64,000 bases of DNA, from NCBI GenBank assembly GCA_011364985.1, contig RDOC01000001.1, positions 64,001 through 128,000 of the forward strand, given 5' to 3'. Numbering within the stretch: the first letter of the stretch is position 1; each line of letters opens with the position of its first letter. The translations under genes and the position numbers were made by a program. The notes under the pieces are model-generated. The model ran no database searches, was not told the origin of the DNA, and saw nothing but the letters and a program-made list of their open reading frames with translations. Of this stretch, positions 60,082-64,000 are shown one piece after another. The DNA comes from Candidatus Thorarchaeota archaeon. GTDB lineage: Archaea > Asgardarchaeota > Thorarchaeia > Thorarchaeales > Thorarchaeaceae.

Positions 60082-60405
60082 AGTTGAGACATGCAATTAA
60101 GAATCCCAAATAGTAGCTTTGTAGATTCTACCTGACAATAAACCGTGTCTTGTTACAGATACACTGACATTGCCTTACGAAGGCAACAAAATCCCCTCGA
60201 CCAAGATCAGCTTGGCCTAGGTTGGTCCATCAGCTTGGGTTATTATATCAACGTTGTTGAGCATCAAGGTCTTGACCTCATCATCGGCATGATGACGTCA
60301 GCTGTTCCCCAATGAATTTGCGAATCGGTATGATTCCGCTGCTAGCTATCATTGTGCTGAATATCCCCTAATGCAATGGTTATATCGAGCACCAAGATTT
60401 CAGTC

Positions 60406-61350
60406 CTAACAATATGAGTAAGTGAACTGCATATGCCTGTATGTTTCCCTAAGACCTACCTTGTGATACAATCCAATCGCTGCGGAATTATCGATATCTA
60501 CAAGCAATTCCACCCTTGTGTGACCTTTAAGATACGCGCGATTCATGACCTCCTGTAGAAGGCATAATCCATATCCTTTTCTTCGATGCTCAGCGAGTAC
60601 TCCTAGGGCATTTATCTGCAGTATTTTGCCATCCCTTTCATCAGTGCCACCAGAAACTGTCCAACCTACGCACAGCCCCACTGGAATGTTTCTGACTTCT
60701 CCCAATACAACGAGGTTAGGATCAAAGCCCACGAGCTTACTGCGTGATTCTAGGGACTGTGATGTGACTGGAGCATAGTACATTGTATTCTTGAATAGCT
60801 TATTCTGAAGGGTTGCCCATGTTTCCAGTTCTTTCTGGGGATGTAAAGCTCTCACTTTGAAGCCCCATGGATATAGCGCTGGTCTTACTGGTTCGGTGAA
60901 ATCAAGTCTCATTTTGACGCGAGAATTAATGTGATGAAAACCAAGACTTGCAGCGAAAGCGATGGCATAAGGTCGGAAGCTCAGAGCCCGAAGGGATAAC
61001 TCATTGACATGTTGATTCATTGCTCTTAAACGAAGCCGAAGGAATAGGCTTGTACCTATCCCCCTTCTACGATATTTCGGATGTACGTGAATGACAAGTT
61101 GTGCTCTTTTCAGTTCCTCGGACACGAATATTGTGCCAGCAGCAACAAGGAAACCTGCACTATCTCGTACTAGAACAACATCCTTGGACAGGTCGGTTCC
61201 AGATGACTGGAATGCAGAACGGAAATAACGTGCCGTATAGTCAGAATGATTCTTATTATCATAGCCCTCGCTAAGGTTGTACAACATGGCATAGTCGCTG
61301 AGCATCTCTTCGTCCCCAGGCCCATAGAAGAATAGTTCTTCTTCAACCAT
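60406..61350 (-). CDS. Tandem-domain GNAT acetyltransferase
   Basis: Two acetyl-CoA motifs, VHPKYRRRGIG and GVLAEHRRKGYG; N..AI.LY.KVG. Confidence 0.9.
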   Translation of the reverse strand: MVEEELFFYGPGDEEMLSDYAMLYNLSEGYDNKNHSDYTARYFRSAFQSSGTDLSKDVVLVRDSAGFLVAAGTIFVSEELKRAQLVIHVHPKYRRRGIGTSLFLRLRLRAMNQHVNELSLRALSFRPYAIAFAASLGFHHINSRVKMRLDFTEPVRPALYPWGFKVRALHPQKELETWATLQNKLFKNTMYYAPVTSQSLESRSKLVGFDPNLVVLGEVRNIPVGLCVGWTVSGGTDERDGKILQINALGVLAEHRRKGYGLCLLQEVMNRAYLKGHTRVELLVDIDNSAAIGLYHKVGLRETYRHMQFTYSYC

Positions 61351-62047
61351 GAGCCTGTTCCACCGTTCTTAATGGCTGGGCAGCGAGTTCAGCAACATGT
61401 CCCCAGAAACGTCTTTTTCTCAAATGTTTGTAATGGAGGATTGCAGAACCCAAGTCAGTTATTTTCACATATTTCCTTCTGGAATGGCGTATTCTAGCTA
61501 TGTAACCCGCTTTCTCCAAGTCACTTAGGTGCCTGGAAACACCCGACCTTTGTATTCCGGTTTCCTTGGTTATATCCTTTTGATATGTCGGCACCGGCTG
61601 TTTTGCAAGAAAATCTAATATATCCCGCTTTCTTCGGTGTAGATTCATCAACTCTGAGGGCCATATCTCAGTGATTTCAAATACATCGTCTGCCGTTGGG
61701 CAGAGTATTGTGGCATTTGTAATCGCGGCCGCAACACATGCTGCAATTGCAAGGAGTCCCTTGCTCAATGCCACATTGAACTCAATTTGATATTCGTCAA
61801 TCCTGTGGTGGTCCAAAGATCTTAGAACTGCTGTAAGAATGCTGTAAAAGTTGTATGGATCTACAGATACACTAGTGACAGGAAATCCTAATGCTGTGTA
61901 TCTCTCCAGAATTCCAGCAGCAAGTTCTTGTTTATCCATGGGGTATATAATCACAAGCTCTGCAACTGATCTTCGCATCAAAACGCGCTCGATAGGTGCT
62001 CCCCCCTCCTCATCAAGTATTGCTACGTGGATTGTTGGTTGTGTCAT
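61343..62047 (-). CDS. CARF-like Rossmann domain + winged HTH regulator (Csa3/DUF6293-like architecture)
   Basis: TIHVAI...VDPYNF...IEFNVALSKGLLAIAACVAA followed by QKDITKETGIQRSGVSRHLSDLEKAGYI...VKITDLG. Confidence 0.72.
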   Translation of the reverse strand: MTQPTIHVAILDEEGGAPIERVLMRRSVAELVIIYPMDKQELAAGILERYTALGFPVTSVSVDPYNFYSILTAVLRSLDHHRIDEYQIEFNVALSKGLLAIAACVAAAITNATILCPTADDVFEITEIWPSELMNLHRRKRDILDFLAKQPVPTYQKDITKETGIQRSGVSRHLSDLEKAGYIARIRHSRRKYVKITDLGSAILHYKHLRKRRFWGHVAELAAQPLRTVEQAHG

Positions 62048-62400
62048 TTGACATCCGACCTCGTGGTTTTTTCACGCTCAAGAGACCCCTATTGAAGCAC
62101 AAGTCCGTGTTTCAGGGCTGTTCTTGATTCCTTCGTGGTATGGATTGTCGTTTTCAAGGCGAGGGACTAGACACTCTCCACCTACCTGTTTCTCGTATTG
62201 CATCTCAATATTCCAAGTTTGTCCCTGTTCCTATCTAAAACAATACAAGATTTGGGTATATAAGCAAACGATTCCTTCTCAATATGGCGTTCTAATGCAG
62301 AAATCGAAGGTTTAGCGTGCAGTCCCCATTTTGGCCAGTAGCATTCATCAACGATTTTGAATTTTTCAAAGATAATTGATACCGGATGCTCCTTGCAAGT

Positions 62401-63996
62401 CTAACCGCGTCTCTTGACCACCGGTACGGTTGCAAGAGCAGACTTGGCCGTTTTACGCGTTGGCGCTTCACATTCCTCTTCCAGCGAGTCAATCCATATG
62501 TCTATCTCTCTGTCTGGAGATAACCATCTTTGCCTTTCCTCACTCCAGAGATGTTCGGGGAATCGCCATTGGCCCCATATACCACTTCCGAGGGGAGAGG
62601 CAACTACATTCCAACCGAGTTTCCTAATTGTGTCCATCATCTTGGTTGACCCGCCAATGGGAAGGTCGATGAGCATTGTGAGATCTCGTCTCTTACCATA
62701 TTGCAGAACAACGTGCGGAATCTCTCTTGACCATGCGTCAAGCATGCTACTGATTCTGCTGTCTGTGGCACGGAGAGCCACTCTTTCAACCAAGCCAATA
62801 TTGTGTGCATCCCAGACGCTCCGAATCAGTCCAGCAGACCGCAACCGCTTCATACGACGCGAAAGCTGGTTTTGTCCAATGCCTAGTCGCTTTCTTAGTG
62901 CTCTCGTTGAAGAAACATTTTCGTGAATATAGCTTAAGATCATTATGTCAGTGTTGTCAATGTATTCATTTGTTGTTAGTGAAGGTGTATCAATCTGCTC
63001 TATCACCTTGTCTAGTGATTCTCTCTCTATCCTTTGTCCCCATCCCAGCATTGCCACCCATGGAATAGCCCATTGGTGGTTTGCCACATCATAATGGTAG
63101 AACGAGAATGAATGACCCGCTGAATGCGTTTCCCCTATGTCCACTGTTACGTCAATGTCATTGAGCCGCTTTGCCATAAGCTTGAGCGATTTGATATTGT
63201 CATAATTGTCAGGAACAGCCAATCTAGCCATTACTTGCCATGGTCCGTTAAGGATATGTCTAATGCTGTACAAGAAAGGGCACTTATTCAAGAAACGAGA
63301 AGGGTCAAGTGAAGGTATACCAGAGAGCAAGACGTGAAAAGATCGAATTCCGATTCTTGAAAATGGCGTCGTTGTAAGGCCAATCAAAACACATTTCCGT
63401 TTGAGCCTATTGATTTGAGTGGAAATCCACGAACTGCTAAGCCCGGTCAATGATGCCAACACGTCATTTGATGCTTCCTGATTTCTCAGCAAGATATCTA
63501 GAATCTTCACCTCTGCATGCCCCAGTGACACTTGAATGTCTTGGCTTCTTCGAGCCATATACTCGATATATTCCTCAAAGTCTAGCACATGGCCATACCG
63601 TGCCATAGCCACAAGCTCATGAATGAGAAGTCCAAAATGGCGTCTTCCCCCTAGTGCGCTTATCCATTTCATCAGCTTGAATGAGTTATACTCAAGGTTT
63701 GAGCGCATCCTTCTTGAAGGAATTGCCTTCCATAACTCAATCCAACGACTCTGTTCATTCTTGTTCAGATACTGGCGGGCGTATTCTGTACCAAAATCCC
63801 TTTGAGCTTCAGTACAAAGATCATTAGGTAGGGCTGCAATGAAACTCTCTCTGAAAACAACTCCCTTAAGTGATAGTCTACCACTTGCGACTTTTTCTGA
63901 GATCTTGAGTTCGCGAATTTTGGCATTGAAGTGTCCCCCAATTCGCAGAACTCCACTTTCAGGAGAAATTGCTATGTCAGTGGGACCCAAGGGCAC
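62401..63996 (-). CDS. Large regulator with two Lrp/AsnC-like HTH-effector modules (may extend beyond the window)
   Basis: EVKILDILLRN...LASLTGLS...INRLKRK...FSRIG and DNTDIMILSYI...LRKRLGI...RRMKRLRSAGLI; the frame is open to the window edge. Confidence 0.75.
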   Translation of the reverse strand: MPLGPTDIAISPESGVLRIGGHFNAKIRELKISEKVASGRLSLKGVVFRESFIAALPNDLCTEAQRDFGTEYARQYLNKNEQSRWIELWKAIPSRRMRSNLEYNSFKLMKWISALGGRRHFGLLIHELVAMARYGHVLDFEEYIEYMARRSQDIQVSLGHAEVKILDILLRNQEASNDVLASLTGLSSSWISTQINRLKRKCVLIGLTTTPFSRIGIRSFHVLLSGIPSLDPSRFLNKCPFLYSIRHILNGPWQVMARLAVPDNYDNIKSLKLMAKRLNDIDVTVDIGETHSAGHSFSFYHYDVANHQWAIPWVAMLGWGQRIERESLDKVIEQIDTPSLTTNEYIDNTDIMILSYIHENVSSTRALRKRLGIGQNQLSRRMKRLRSAGLIRSVWDAHNIGLVERVALRATDSRISSMLDAWSREIPHVVLQYGKRRDLTMLIDLPIGGSTKMMDTIRKLGWNVVASPLGSGIWGQWRFPEHLWSEERQRWLSPDREIDIWIDSLEEECEAPTRKTAKSALATVPVVKRRG

Positions 63997-64000
63997 CTCA

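Noticed and set aside
1-64000. CRISPR array, tRNA/rRNA genes, IS elements, prophage or defence island
   Set aside because: I found no regularly spaced repeats, cloverleaf/T-loop signatures, transposase, integrase or capsid ORFs by eye. The many short antisense ORFs in the track are shadows of real genes.

Overview
Gene-dense archaeal chromosome segment, very likely from an Asgard archaeon and probably Thorarchaeia. This is inferred from several eukaryotic-signature-type proteins, GGTGA/GGAGG ribosome-binding sites, TATA-type promoters and membrane-anchored beta-helix surface proteins. Most of the window is heterotrophic or anaerobic metabolism: CoA-transferase A/B, an FAD oxidoreductase with an HdrD-like partner, a B12 acyl-CoA mutase carrying the isobutyryl-CoA mutase signature plus CobA, fwdDBA, 2-oxoacid dehydrogenase E1a/E1b/E2 plus LplA, IorAB, PorG/D with a truncated porA, a geranylgeranyl reductase family enzyme and a NitT/TauT ABC transporter. 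The most notable items are: (1) a 774-aa cytoplasmic fusion of a 7-bladed FG-GAP-type (BBS2/BBS7-like) beta-propeller, a beta-sandwich and an intact Rab-like GTPase; (2) a longin-roadblock fusion; (3) a single-domain gelsolin; (4) a long bactofilin-like beta-helix with a candidate operator; (5) three tandem TrmB-like paralogues sharing a divergent promoter with a ~160-nt structured putative ncRNA; (6) a second structured intergenic element partly complementary to that RNA; (7) a Hef-like helicase with degenerate ATPase motifs facing a PUR/Whirly-like repeat protein; (8) several nonsense-decayed genes. I saw no rRNA, tRNA, CRISPR array, transposase or integrase. All calls come from reading motifs by eye; no database searches or folding programs were run.
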